A stretch of 64,000 bases of DNA, taken from an uncultured Chloroflexia bacterium (lineage in GTDB: Bacteria > Chloroflexota > Chloroflexia > Thermomicrobiales > UBA6265). Shown here one piece after another: positions 1 to 9,963 of this stretch; the stretch's first letter is position 1; each line of letters starts with the position of its first letter. The position numbers and the translations under genes are program-made. A model generated the notes under the pieces. It was not told the DNA's origin. It saw only the letters and a list, made by a program, of their open reading frames with translations, and searched no databases. Location of the stretch: NCBI GenBank assembly GCA_963724295.1, contig CAVRUC010000004.1, forward strand, positions 320,001-384,000, in the 5' to 3' direction.

Positions 1-681
1 GCCGCCTCACCAGAGGCGATGGAGGGGACGCCGGGAGCGGAGACGGGACCACCTGAGGGCGAGGGCGAAGACCGCCCACCCGAGTGGTACTTCCAGGCGG
101 AAATGGCCGGGGGCACGTCCGCGTTCGCGGGAACAGCCCAGGCGATCATCGACCTCACGCCCGGCGAGTGGATCGCCTGGGCTGGATACCCAGACGCCCC
201 ACAAGCACCAGTTGGGTTGAGCGTGAACGGTGAGGCAGGCGCCACGCCCGCTGCCGGGGCTGAGCCGGCCGCGGACGTAACCGTGGCCATGTTCGAGTAC
301 GACTTCACCGTGGAGGGTAGCCTGACGCCCGGCTCCCATGTCTTCGCGGTCACGACTGTCGGCGCGCAACCACACGAGATGTTCATGTTGCGTGCGCCGG
401 AAGCGATCACGGAGGAGCAGGTCGCGCAAATCCTGGAGATGGAAATGCAGGGCGGGACGCCGGCGCCCGACGCGGACCTACCGAATCCAGACGAGTTCAT
501 GCCTGTTACACATATGACACCGCTGTCGATGGGGAAGACGGGGTGGATCCCGGTGAACCTGGAGGCGGGCACGTACGTCATGCTCTGCTTCGTCCCTGAT
601 ATCGAGTCGGGGATGCCGCACGCCTATCATGGTATGTATCAGGTCATCACCGTTGGTGATGAAGGCACCCCGACCGCGTAA
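1..681 (+). CDS. Cupredoxin-like copper-binding protein, 5'-truncated by the window edge
   Basis: Frame is open from base 1. C-terminal 'GTYVMLCFVPD..GMPHAYHGM' has the Cys/His/Met spacing of a blue-copper site, with an upstream 'QPHEM' His. Confidence 0.55.
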   Translation, partial: AASPEAMEGTPGAETGPPEGEGEDRPPEWYFQAEMAGGTSAFAGTAQAIIDLTPGEWIAWAGYPDAPQAPVGLSVNGEAGATPAAGAEPAADVTVAMFEYDFTVEGSLTPGSHVFAVTTVGAQPHEMFMLRAPEAITEEQVAQILEMEMQGGTPAPDADLPNPDEFMPVTHMTPLSMGKTGWIPVNLEAGTYVMLCFVPDIESGMPHAYHGMYQVITVGDEGTPTA

Positions 682-754
682 GCGTGGAGCACGAGGTGTG
701 CGACGAGGCCGGCGGAGTCATGCCCACCGGCCTCGTCATTGCTCGAGCTCGGCC

Positions 755-1231
755 CTATGGACCGATCAGAACTCGCGTGCCCAGGGGAGCCCAGTCGTAC
801 AGCCAGGCAGCCACGTCGAGCGGCAGATTGACGCAGCCATGGCTCATCGGAGTGCCAAAATTGTTGTGCCAGTACGTGCCGTGCAGGGCGTGACCGCTGT
901 TCGTGAAATAGAGCACCCACGGGACGTCTGGCACGTTGTAGTACTCCCCACCAATGACACCCTCCATCGTCTGCGATGGCAGCTTGGTCAGGACCGCGAA
1001 AGAACCAACTGGTGTATCAAAGCCGGCTCGGCCGGTACTGACGGAGCTGCTGAGCACGACCTGGTCGCCTTTGTAGGCCCAGAGCATCTGCTGGCTAATC
1101 GAGATCACGATCGTCTTCTGCGCCTTTGCCCCACCCGTCGCCGGAGCCGCCAGCGCCGCTACCGCGAAGAGCACGACGACGAACCAGCGTCTCATTGTCG
1201 CCAGCGGGATGCGCACGAACGACCTCCTCAT
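755..1231 (-). CDS. L,D-transpeptidase (YkuD family), secreted
   Basis: 'ALHGTYWHNNFGTPMSHGCVNL' catalytic HxxxSHGC motif; signal-peptide-like N-terminus. The longer ORF start at 1423 runs through a palindromic repeat. Confidence 0.9.
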   Translation of the reverse strand: MRRSFVRIPLATMRRWFVVVLFAVAALAAPATGGAKAQKTIVISISQQMLWAYKGDQVVLSSSVSTGRAGFDTPVGSFAVLTKLPSQTMEGVIGGEYYNVPDVPWVLYFTNSGHALHGTYWHNNFGTPMSHGCVNLPLDVAAWLYDWAPLGTRVLIGP

Positions 1232-1329
1232 GCCAGACCGTTTTCCTTCAGATGGCACCCGGTCCAAAGGCAGGGACTGGTTGCCTCCATCCGATGCAAG
1301 CGTTATGCCTGGAGCGGCGGCGACATCTC

Positions 1330-1421
1330 GTGTCATCCCGAGCGCACGAGGGATCTCGTCGGTTTTTTTCATCGTGGTCCGGTGACGACGAAATTCCTCG
1401 CCTGCGGGCTCGGAATGACAC
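1330..1421. repeat. REP-like palindromic element, copy 1
   Basis: GTGTCATCCCGAG..CGAGGGATCTCGTC ... GACGAAATTCCTCG..CTCGGAATGACAC nested inverted repeats; near-identical arms recur at 50504-50594. Confidence 0.75.
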
Positions 1422-1470
1422 ATCTTCTCTGATGCTTAGCCGCGGACTGGGTCACACGACGTAAAATAGG

Positions 1471-4092
1471 TTGGTGACAAGCACGAGCGAAACCACCACA
1501 GGCCAAGAGATCGAAACCGGCAACGGTCGTCTGACCGGCATGCCTCCCGCGATCGAGCCAGTCTCGACACGCGCTCCCCTGACTGAGCTCGAGCAAGAAG
1601 GCCTCGATTATCGCCGGCGGTACCAGGGGCTGATCGGCATCGGGTCGAAGGTTCCCATTCGAGATCGGGCCATCCTCTCCCTCGTCTACACCCCCGGTGT
1701 CGCGGAAGCCTGTCTCGCCATCAACGAGGATCCCCTGGCGTCGTTCGATCTCACCTGTCGCGGCAACACCGTCGCCATCCTTACCGACGGCTCGGATATC
1801 TTCGGCCGCGAATCTGGCCCACCAGAAGCCGCCATCCCCCTCGAAGAAGCCAAGAGCGTCATCTTCAAGACCTTCGCCGGGGTCGATGCCTTCCCGCTCT
1901 CCCTGGCCACCTCGGACCCGGACCGGATCGTAGAGACCGGTCTCGCGCTCTCCTCGACGTTCGGCGCCATCTGCCTCGACGACATCTCCGCGCCGCGTGC
2001 GTTCACCATCGCCGATAACCTGGAGAACGGCGCGGACATCCCGGTCTTCTCCAACCAACATCACGGCACGGCAATCCTCGTCCTCGGGGGTCTCATCAAC
2101 GCCTTGCAGGTCGTCGGCAAGGAGCTCGAGGACGTCAAGGTCGTCATCTCCGGCGCCGGCGTCGCCGGGATCGGCGTTGCTCGCCTTCTCACCCGAGCCG
2201 GAGTGCGTGATCTGGTCGTCTGCGACCGCGCGGGCGCGCTTTACAAATACCGGCCCGAGCGCATGAACTGGGCAAAGGCCTATCTCACCAAGGAGACAAA
2301 TCTCGCTGGCCGCCGCGGCAGCCTGACGGAGATGCTCGCGGGCGCGGACGTCTTCATTGGTCTGTCGACGGGCGGCATCGTCAGCGAGGAGATGGTCCGT
2401 TCCATGGCGCCGGACCCAATCGTCTTCGCTCTTGCCGTGCCGGAGCCGGAGATCTCGCCCGCCGCCGCTCGCGCCGCCGGCGCGAAGGTCGTCGCCACGG
2501 GACGCTCCGATTTTCCAAACACCATGGACGTTTCGCTCGTCTTCCCGGGAGTTTTTCGCGGGCTGCTCGACTCGCGCGCTCGCAACATCCGTCTGCGCAC
2601 GCTGCTCTATGCCGCTCAGGCGCTGGCCGACGTCATTCAGTCGGAGGAGCTCCACGCCGACTACATCGTGCCCCGCATCTTTGATTTCCGGGTCGCTCCG
2701 GCGGTGGCAGCGGCCGTGGTGCGCGCCGCGCTGGAGGCCGGCGAGGCGGGACGAGAGATCGCGCCGGAACTGGTCAGCGAGCGCACTCGCCGCTTCGTCT
2801 ACGAGGGACGCTTGCTCCCCCCGAAACCGTCCGCCCGCGGCGAGCACAAGACGTTCCGCGAGGAGGCGATCGACCTCCGGCTACGCCACGGCGGTGTCCT
2901 GGAGATTCGCTCCAAGATACCGATCCGCGATCACCACATCCTGAACATGCTCTACGTGCCGCCGGCGGCGCTCTCCCCGGCCCATGTCATCCGCGACAAC
3001 CCGGCCATGGTCGACGAGATCACCGCCAAGGGGAACCTGGTTGCTATCGTCACCGACGGCTCGGCGGTGCTCGGTCTCGGCGACATCGGCCCGCAGGCGG
3101 CCCTACCGGTGATGGAAGGCAAAGCGGTTCTGCTGCAAACCCTGGCCGGGGTCGAGGCCTTCCCGATCTGCCTCGCCGCGCGCGACGTCGATGAGATCGT
3201 CGGCATCGTCCAGAACATCGCTCCGAATTTCGGCGGCATCAACCTCGAAGATATCAGCGCCCCCCGCTGCTTCGAGATCGAGCGCAAGCTGCGTGAGACC
3301 CTCGACATGCCCGTCTTCCACGACGACCAGCATGGCACCGCCATCGTCGTCGCCGCCGCATTGATCAACGGCTGCAAGATCCGCGGCTGCCGCATGGAAG
3401 AACTGCGGGTGACGATCAATGGCGCCGGCGCCGCCGGTATAGCCGTGACCAAACTGCTACTCGGTCTCGGTATCGGCGACGTCGTCCTCTGTGACCGGCA
3501 GGGGGCCATCTTCGAAGGTCGCCCGCAGCACATGGACTTCTCGAAGGAGGAGATCGCGCGCCTGACCAACAAGGATCGCCGCACCGGCTCGCTCGGCGAC
3601 GTCATCACCGGCTCCGATGTCTTCATCGGTCTTTCGGCCGGTGGCGTGCTGACCCCGCAGATGGTCCGCGCGATGGCGCCGAACCCGCTCGTCTTCGCGC
3701 TGGCCAACCCGGTGCCCGAGATCACGCCCGATCTGGCGCGCGAAGCTGGGGCGCTGGCGGTGGCCACCGGCCGCTCCGACTACCCGAACCAGGTCAACAA
3801 CTCGCTGGCGTTTCCCGGTGTCTTCCGTGGCGCGCTCGACGTCAAAGCACGCAGCATCGACGACGCGATGAAGATCGCCGCCGCGCGCGCGATCGCCGAG
3901 TTGGTCGATGCCTCCGAGCTTTCGCCCGATTTCCTGATTCCTGACAGTCTCGATCTCCGCGTCGCGCCCCGCGTCGCCGCGGCGGTTGCCGAAGCGGCGA
4001 TCAGTGGCGGCCTCGCGCACACCCCCCTCGACCCGCGCGAGGTCGAGATGCGCTGCCGCGATCTCGTCTACGAGGGAACGGTCGGGCTGTAG
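1471..4092 (+). CDS. Malic enzyme with two tandem malic-enzyme units (873 aa)
   Basis: C-terminal unit has TDGSAVLGLG, VMEGK, INLEDI, FHDDQHGTA, GAGAAG, NQVNN. N-terminal unit is homologous but degenerate. Start codon uncertain. Confidence 0.9.
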   Translation: MVTSTSETTTGQEIETGNGRLTGMPPAIEPVSTRAPLTELEQEGLDYRRRYQGLIGIGSKVPIRDRAILSLVYTPGVAEACLAINEDPLASFDLTCRGNTVAILTDGSDIFGRESGPPEAAIPLEEAKSVIFKTFAGVDAFPLSLATSDPDRIVETGLALSSTFGAICLDDISAPRAFTIADNLENGADIPVFSNQHHGTAILVLGGLINALQVVGKELEDVKVVISGAGVAGIGVARLLTRAGVRDLVVCDRAGALYKYRPERMNWAKAYLTKETNLAGRRGSLTEMLAGADVFIGLSTGGIVSEEMVRSMAPDPIVFALAVPEPEISPAAARAAGAKVVATGRSDFPNTMDVSLVFPGVFRGLLDSRARNIRLRTLLYAAQALADVIQSEELHADYIVPRIFDFRVAPAVAAAVVRAALEAGEAGREIAPELVSERTRRFVYEGRLLPPKPSARGEHKTFREEAIDLRLRHGGVLEIRSKIPIRDHHILNMLYVPPAALSPAHVIRDNPAMVDEITAKGNLVAIVTDGSAVLGLGDIGPQAALPVMEGKAVLLQTLAGVEAFPICLAARDVDEIVGIVQNIAPNFGGINLEDISAPRCFEIERKLRETLDMPVFHDDQHGTAIVVAAALINGCKIRGCRMEELRVTINGAGAAGIAVTKLLLGLGIGDVVLCDRQGAIFEGRPQHMDFSKEEIARLTNKDRRTGSLGDVITGSDVFIGLSAGGVLTPQMVRAMAPNPLVFALANPVPEITPDLAREAGALAVATGRSDYPNQVNNSLAFPGVFRGALDVKARSIDDAMKIAAARAIAELVDASELSPDFLIPDSLDLRVAPRVAAAVAEAAISGGLAHTPLDPREVEMRCRDLVYEGTVGL

Positions 4093-4137
4093 ACTTGCCT
4101 CGAATGGTCGAGTGGCCCGAACCCGACGAGGTCGAAC

Positions 4138-4428
4138 ATGACCACCAAGATCATCCCAATCAAGGATGGATCGATCACGATTCCCGACGACCTGCGCGAG
4201 CGCTACGGAATCGAGGACGGTTCGCTGCTGCTGATCGAAGCCGGAGCCGAAGGCATTATGCTGCGCCCAGCTGGCTGGCCTGAGCCCGAGGTCTACACAC
4301 CGGAGCGGATCGCCGAGTTCCTCCTCAACAACGCAGTCGACGACGACGACTACCGAGAGGCGATCGAGGAAGTCAAGAAGTTGGGCATCGATCCGGCCAG
4401 CATCCCGCACAGTCACCCTTCACCTTAG
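4138..4428 (+). CDS. AbrB/MazE/SpoVT-family antitoxin
   Basis: 'GSITIPDDLRERYGIEDGSLLLIE...GIMLRP' swapped-hairpin signature, directly upstream of a PIN gene. Confidence 0.85.
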   Translation: MTTKIIPIKDGSITIPDDLRERYGIEDGSLLLIEAGAEGIMLRPAGWPEPEVYTPERIAEFLLNNAVDDDDYREAIEEVKKLGIDPASIPHSHPSP

Positions 4429-4438
4429 CCCTGGGCCC

Positions 4439-4852
4439 GTGCCCGATCGTATCTTCCTCGACGCCAATGTCATCTTCTCCGCCGCATACCGCCGAACGAC
4501 CGAACTTCGCCGGTTGTGGGCTTTGCCGGACCTCACGCTGCTGACCTCTTTGTACACAATCAGCGAAGCGGAACGTAACCTGCACCCAACTCGACACGCC
4601 GATCTCCAGTTCCTGCTCCAAGCGATCACTCTTGTCCCCACGCCGTCAACGGGAGATCGTCCGCTTCCGTCGACGCTGGTCTTACCCGCCAAGGATGCTC
4701 CCATCTTCCAAGCCGCCGCAGCCGCGGAAGCAACCCACCTATTGACCGGCGACAGACGGCACTTCGACGCCTACTATGGCCAGCAGTTCGAAGGAGTACT
4801 GATCCTTACCCCTGGCACCTACATTCGATCTCGCATTCCTGGCGATCCGTAG
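4439..4852 (+). CDS. PIN-domain (VapC-like) toxin
   Basis: 'IFLDANVIFSA', 'EAERNL', 'KDAPI', 'LLTGDRRHF' acidic PIN motifs. Confidence 0.85.
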   Translation: MPDRIFLDANVIFSAAYRRTTELRRLWALPDLTLLTSLYTISEAERNLHPTRHADLQFLLQAITLVPTPSTGDRPLPSTLVLPAKDAPIFQAAAAAEATHLLTGDRRHFDAYYGQQFEGVLILTPGTYIRSRIPGDP

Positions 4853-4891
4853 GTATAGGACCACGACCATCATGCGCTCCGGAAACCTCCA

Positions 4892-5416
4892 ATGACCGAC
4901 CGCATTGAGATCGTGCAAGCAGACATCAGCACGCTTCCGGTCGATGCCATCGTCAATGCGGCGAACAGCTCACTCCTGGGCGGCGGTGGGGTCGATGGTG
5001 CGATCCATCGCGCCGCCGGACCTCGCCTCCTGGAAGCCACCCGCAAGATCGGCGGCTGCCCGACCGGCCAGGCACGGCTCACGCCCGGGTTCGATCTGCC
5101 CGCGAAGTGGGTCATCCACACGGTCGGTCCGGTCTGGCAGGGTGGGCACGCCGGAGAAGACAAACTCCTCGCTTCCTGCTATCGAGAGAGTCTCAAGCTG
5201 GCCGCATCGGTTGGAGCAACGACGGTCGCGTTCCCCGCCATCTCGACCGGCGCTTATGGCTTTCCGCTGGAGCGCGCGGCCCGGATCGCCGTCGCGGAGA
5301 TCGAGAAGAACCTCAATCGTCATCCAGAGATCGAACGAGTACTCATTGCCGTCCGCGGCGACGAGGCCATGCGGATCCACCGGGACGCGCTTGGCAGGCG
5401 CCTCAGCAGTACCTAA
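4892..5416 (+). CDS. Macro-domain O-acetyl-ADP-ribose deacetylase (YmdB-like)
   Basis: '[26 protein letters not shown]', 'VIHTVGPVW', '[13 protein letters not shown]'. Confidence 0.93.
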   Translation: MTDRIEIVQADISTLPVDAIVNAANSSLLGGGGVDGAIHRAAGPRLLEATRKIGGCPTGQARLTPGFDLPAKWVIHTVGPVWQGGHAGEDKLLASCYRESLKLAASVGATTVAFPAISTGAYGFPLERAARIAVAEIEKNLNRHPEIERVLIAVRGDEAMRIHRDALGRRLSST

Positions 5417-5476
5417 CACCGCAACCCCCAGCGGCGTCATCCCGATGATGCGATCCGTCATCCAGGGTGTCCCTGG

Positions 5477-5582
5477 AGGGAGGACGAGGTCTTGCAACCC
5501 CGTCCTCCCTGAAGGAAGGGAACCCGCGCCGGTACTGACGACGCGGAGCGTCAGGGTGACCGCGCCGTCAGTACCGGCGCGG
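5477..5582. terminator. Two consecutive long GC-rich hairpins between convergent genes
   Basis: AGGGAGGACGAGGT/ACCCCGTCCTCCCT (5477-5510) and CCGCGCCGGTACTGACG/CGTCAGTACCGGCGCGG (5524-5582). Confidence 0.5.
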
Positions 5583-5635
5583 TCGAATCTGAGGTCGCGC
5601 CCGAAATAGAGGCGCGCCCGGAAGTAAGCGATCGT

Positions 5636-5782
5636 TCACGACGGACCGGCACACCCGGTCGGGCACGGCCACGCTGGATTCTGACGGCCACTCGTCCGGC
5701 GCGTCGTGCGTGCTCCAGCCTCTCCAAGATCGAGTGCGATGAGGATGATCAGCGCGGCGATGAGCAGGAAGATCGTGTCCAT
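5636..5782 (-). CDS. Small (48 aa) single-TM membrane protein
   Basis: Hand-translated MDTIFLLIAALIILIALDLGEAGARTTRR...; GAGGAG RBS just upstream; below the ORF-track length cutoff. Confidence 0.55.
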   Translation of the reverse strand: MDTIFLLIAALIILIALDLGEAGARTTRRTSGRQNPAWPCPTGCAGPS

Positions 5783-5883
5783 TGGTATCTCCTCAATGAA
5801 TCATCTTCTCTTCTACTCATAGTCGAATGAGCGTGGTTCAAATCGACAATCGGTGACCGAGAGTACGCGGTCTGGAATCGCCG

Positions 5884-6477
5884 CTATTTCCGCTCGTCGA
5901 CGGCGAAGATGGCACTGAGAACGGGGCTGGTGAACTCCGTGGACAGGATGTCCATGTAAATCTCGTCCCAGAATCGGCCGTTGTACCAGCGACTCTCGCG
6001 GCGGCGTCCCACCTCGCGGAAACCGACCTTTTCGTAGCACCGGAGGCCGGCGCCGTTGTACTCGAAGACCATCAACATCACGCTGTGCAGTCCGAGGGCT
6101 GTGAAGGCGAAGTCGAGGAGGAGGCGCATTGCCTCTGTGCCATAGCCGCGACCCCGCGCCTCCGGTTCGCCGATCATGATGCCGACCAGCGTGCGCCGGT
6201 TGGGCAGGTCCACCTCGTGCAGCCCACAGTTGCCAATCGCGCGGCCCGTCGCTCGCTCATAGATCGTGAACCCGACCCGGGCATCGTCGACCGCGGCCCG
6301 CTCGTACCAGGCAGTCTCTTCCTCGAGGGTCATCGGCCGCGGCGGCACGCCGAGCGTCCGCGTCGTGCCGAAATCGTTGATCCAGCGGAGATAGAGCGGG
6401 ATGTGCTCGCGTCGCAGCGGACCCAGGGCCACCAGGTCGCCCTCGATGTTGAGGATCGGCGTGTCCCGATCTGTCAT
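5884..6477 (-). CDS. GNAT N-acetyltransferase (RimJ/RimL type)
   Basis: 'RGRGYGTEAMRLLLDFAF', 'YEKVGFREVGRRRE'. Confidence 0.9.
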   Translation of the reverse strand: MTDRDTPILNIEGDLVALGPLRREHIPLYLRWINDFGTTRTLGVPPRPMTLEEETAWYERAAVDDARVGFTIYERATGRAIGNCGLHEVDLPNRRTLVGIMIGEPEARGRGYGTEAMRLLLDFAFTALGLHSVMLMVFEYNGAGLRCYEKVGFREVGRRRESRWYNGRFWDEIYMDILSTEFTSPVLSAIFAVDERK

Positions 6478-6965
6478 CGGCCACCTTCCCGCTCCCGCCG
6501 AATCTCCACCAGCCGTTCGATCATGCTGTCTTCGTCGAGGTAGACCCCGAGCGAGCGCTGCAATCCGCCGATGACAAGGGCGTTGATGTGCAGCGTCTGG
6601 TTCTCTACCCCATGCCGCTCCGGGTGAGGCGGGGTGCGCAGCCGGATGTCGGTCGCCAGACCGATGACACCGTAGTAGCGCCCGGGATCGACGCGACGCG
6701 AGAGACAGTTCATGTAGCCGGCCTCCCAGTTGGTCCCGGAGTCTTCGCTCGCCTGGCAGATGAGGACATTGCAGCTTTCCACGGCCTCGATGTCGACGTC
6801 ATAGATCAGCCGCGGCGTGATATCGGTGCGGGTCTTGTCGCTGCTCGGCTCGCTCTCGTTGGGGCAGAAGACCGCGAACCCGTGATCGCGCAGCTTCGCC
6901 GCCAGCCGCAGATTGTGGGCTTCCTCGGCGGCGGTGAACATCGGACCCGCCAGATAAAGCTTCAA
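6474..6965 (-). CDS. Nucleoside 2-deoxyribosyltransferase/N-glycosidase family protein
   Basis: 'KLYLAGPMFT', 'DIEAVESC', 'DSGTNWEAGY'; TTG start overlaps the ndh stop codon. Confidence 0.75.
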   Translation of the reverse strand: MKLYLAGPMFTAAEEAHNLRLAAKLRDHGFAVFCPNESEPSSDKTRTDITPRLIYDVDIEAVESCNVLICQASEDSGTNWEAGYMNCLSRRVDPGRYYGVIGLATDIRLRTPPHPERHGVENQTLHINALVIGGLQRSLGVYLDEDSMIERLVEIRREREGGR

Positions 6966-8263
6966 CGCGTCGCTCCCGTGATGAGCCGCGCCCCGCGCTG
7001 GAAGGTGAGATAGTCCCAGAGCCACTGCAGCGCCACCAGGACGCGGTTGCGGAACCCGATCAGATTGAGGATGTGCACGACCGCCCAGGCGAGCCAGGCC
7101 ACAAACCCCGTCAGGCGCAGACCGCGAATGTCGGCCACCGCCGAATTGCGACCGATAGTCGCCATGTTGCCGAGGTCACGGTAGCGGAACGGGCGTGCCG
7201 GCTTCCCCTCGATCGCGCGCTCGATATTCGCCGCCGCCCAAGCTCCCTGTTGCATCGCCACCTGCGCTACACCCGGAAACGGCCGGCCCCGCGAGTTCTC
7301 GAGCGAGGCCATGTCGCCGATGACGAAGATCTCGGGGTGGCCAGGGACAGAGAGGTCCGGGTTGACAAGCACCCGCCCCGCGCGGTCGAGCTCCACACCG
7401 AGCGAGCGTGCCAGTGGCGAAGCCTGTACCCCCGCCGCCCAGACGATCGTCTTGGCGGGGATGGACTCGTCGCCGATGGTCACCGCGTCCGTAGCGATGG
7501 CGGTCACCGGCTTACCGAATCGCACCTCCACCCCGAGTCGCTCCAGGCCCCGCAGTGCGTGCCGGGATAGCCGGTCAGGAAACGCTCCCAGGAGCTGAGT
7601 GCCAGCCTCGATCAGGATCACCTTCGCGTCTCGGGTGTCGATGTGGCGAAAGTCTCGCGCCAGCGAGAAGCGGGCGATCTCGGCGATCGCGCCGGCCATC
7701 TCGACCCCGGTCGGTCCGCCGCCGACGACGATGAATGTCATCAGCGCTTTGCGCCGCGCCGGATCTGGTTCGCGCTCCGCCTCTTCGAACGACGTCAGAA
7801 TGCGGCGGCGGATATTGAGCGCGTCCTCCAGTGTCTTCAAACCGGGTGCGTTGGAGGCCCATTCGTCGTGGCCGAAGTACGCGTGGTTCGCCCCGGCAGC
7901 GAGGATCAGGTAGTCGTACGGGAGTCGTCCCGCATCCTCATCGAGGACAACCTCCTTTGCCGCCACATCGATGGCATCGACCCCCGCCAGAATCACCTCC
8001 ACGTTCGATTGGCCGCGCAGCACCGATCGGATTGGCTGCGCGATGTCCGCCGGCGAAAGCGCGGCCGTCGCCACCTGGTAGAGCAAGGGCTGAAACAGGT
8101 GGTGATTGCGCCGGTCGACGAGCGTCACCCGCACGGGCGCGTCGGCGAGTGCCTTGGCGGCCCGCAAGCCCCCGAACCCACCGCCCACGATGACGACACG
8201 AGCGCGGGTGTCAGGATCGGTAAGCACCGGCTGCCGCTTACGCCGGAACGGGAATGGAATCAT
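6962..8263 (-). CDS. ndh: Type II NADH:quinone oxidoreductase
   Basis: Two Rossmann motifs (GGGFGG; VGGGPTGVEMAG), 'HHLFQPLLYQVAT', 'AQVAMQQG'. Confidence 0.92.
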   Translation of the reverse strand: MIPFPFRRKRQPVLTDPDTRARVVIVGGGFGGLRAAKALADAPVRVTLVDRRNHHLFQPLLYQVATAALSPADIAQPIRSVLRGQSNVEVILAGVDAIDVAAKEVVLDEDAGRLPYDYLILAAGANHAYFGHDEWASNAPGLKTLEDALNIRRRILTSFEEAEREPDPARRKALMTFIVVGGGPTGVEMAGAIAEIARFSLARDFRHIDTRDAKVILIEAGTQLLGAFPDRLSRHALRGLERLGVEVRFGKPVTAIATDAVTIGDESIPAKTIVWAAGVQASPLARSLGVELDRAGRVLVNPDLSVPGHPEIFVIGDMASLENSRGRPFPGVAQVAMQQGAWAAANIERAIEGKPARPFRYRDLGNMATIGRNSAVADIRGLRLTGFVAWLAWAVVHILNLIGFRNRVLVALQWLWDYLTFQRGARLITGATR

Positions 8264-8295
8264 GGGGATTGCCCTCGAACGAATGCCCAGCGCGA

Positions 8296-9843
8296 TCAGT
8301 GGCGGAAGTGGCGCGTCCCGGTGAAGACCATCGCCACACCGGCGTGATCGGCGGCGGCGATTACCGCCTCGTCGCGCACCGACCCTCCGGGCTGAATGGC
8401 GGCGGTCACTCCGGCAGCGATCGCAGCTTCCAGGCCATCCGGAAACGGAAAGAAGGCGTCGCTGGCGAGCACCGAGCCGGCAGCCCGCTCGCCCGCCTTG
8501 TCAACCGCGATGCGGACGCTTTCCAGCCGGTTCGGCTGGCCACTGCCCACTCCAGTCAGAGCCCGGTCCCGCGCCAGCACGATGGCATTCGATTTGACGT
8601 GCCGCACGGCGTGCCAGGCAAAGCCAAGATCTTCCAGCTCCTGGGCACTCGGCTCGCGGTTGGTGACGACCCGCCAGGACGACTGGTCAGCCGGGTCGCG
8701 GTCGGCTGATTGCGCGAGCAGCCCGCCGGCGATCGGTCGCACATCCCAGCTCGAATCGGCGCCGTTTGCCGCCGGTGCCGAGGGCGTCGGCAAAGGCATG
8801 CCCAACAGGCGCAGAGACTTCCGCTTCCCCAGTATCTCCAGCGTCTCGTCGTCGAATCCCGGCGCGACGACAACCTCGAAGTAGATCTCTGCCATACGCC
8901 GGGCCGTCTCGCCGTCCACCGGACGATTGAGCGCGACGATACCGCCGAACGCCGAAACCGGGTCCCCGCGCAACGCCTCGTCGAACGCTGACGCCAGGTC
9001 GCTCCGCTCCGAGAGCCCACAGGGAATGGTGTGCTTGACAATGGCCACGGCCGCCTGGGCAAAACCCTGCACCGCGTTCCAGGCGGCGTCGGCGTCCAGG
9101 AGGTTGTTGAACGACAGCTCCTTGCCCGCCAGTTGTTCAGCCTCCAGTACCCCTTGCTCGGGCTCGCCGGCGCGCATTCGCCGGTAGGCGGCGGCTCGCT
9201 GTTGTGGGTTCTCACCGTAGCGCAGGGTCCGCGCCAGCCGGCCCGCGAAGGCGACCTCTTGCGGCCACTCCCGGGGATCGCGCAAGTACTCCGCCACCAC
9301 CGCGTCGTAGGCCGCCGTGTGGGCAAACGCCTTCGCCGCCAGGGCTCGTCTTCGCGTCTCCGAGAGCGTCCCGTCCCGCAGCTCGTCCAGCGCCGCGGTG
9401 TAGTCCGCCGGGTCGGTCAGGACGACCACCCCCGGAAAATTCTTGGCCGCGGCACGGATCATGGCCGGGCCGCCGATATCGATCTGCTCCAGCGCGTCCG
9501 CGAGGGTGACGTTTTGACGGGCAACTGTTGCAGCGAACGGGTAGAGATTGGCCGCCACGACGTCGATCGGCGAGATCAGGTGCGCTGCGAGCGCGCTCAT
9601 GTGCGCAGGGTTATCCCGGCGGGCCAGCAACCCGCCGTGGATGCGCGGGTGGAGCGTCTTGACCCGGCCGTCGAGGATCTCCGGGAAGGCGGTGACATCG
9701 CTGACCGCGGTCACCGGCAGACCGGCGGCTTCGAGCGAGGTCAGCGTGCCACCGGTGGAGACGACCTCATAGCCGAGGTCGACTAGCCCTCGTCCCAGCG
9801 CGGCGATCCCCGTCTTGTCAAAGACGCTCAGCAGCGCCCGCAT
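8296..9843 (-). CDS. purH: Bifunctional AICAR transformylase/IMP cyclohydrolase
   Basis: 'GRVKTLHPRIHGGLLA', 'IDIGGPAMIRAAAKN', 'LRYGENPQQ', 'SDAFFPF', 'FTGTRHFRH'. Confidence 0.98.
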   Translation of the reverse strand: MRALLSVFDKTGIAALGRGLVDLGYEVVSTGGTLTSLEAAGLPVTAVSDVTAFPEILDGRVKTLHPRIHGGLLARRDNPAHMSALAAHLISPIDVVAANLYPFAATVARQNVTLADALEQIDIGGPAMIRAAAKNFPGVVVLTDPADYTAALDELRDGTLSETRRRALAAKAFAHTAAYDAVVAEYLRDPREWPQEVAFAGRLARTLRYGENPQQRAAAYRRMRAGEPEQGVLEAEQLAGKELSFNNLLDADAAWNAVQGFAQAAVAIVKHTIPCGLSERSDLASAFDEALRGDPVSAFGGIVALNRPVDGETARRMAEIYFEVVVAPGFDDETLEILGKRKSLRLLGMPLPTPSAPAANGADSSWDVRPIAGGLLAQSADRDPADQSSWRVVTNREPSAQELEDLGFAWHAVRHVKSNAIVLARDRALTGVGSGQPNRLESVRIAVDKAGERAAGSVLASDAFFPFPDGLEAAIAAGVTAAIQPGGSVRDEAVIAAADHAGVAMVFTGTRHFRH

Positions 9844-9963
9844 CGGCAACTCCGTGGGCCATCGGCTATCGGCGAATGGCTAAAGGCTATTGGGGCGATC
9901 ATAGCAGCGAGTTGTGGGCACACGGGATCGGATGCCTCTGCGACGACACGTATCACCGGAGTC

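Noticed and set aside
4138..5416. Three-gene TA-macrodomain (DarTG-like) system
   Set aside because: The toxin is a PIN RNase, not an ADP-ribosyltransferase, and the macrodomain is an ordinary YmdB type; adjacency is probably incidental.
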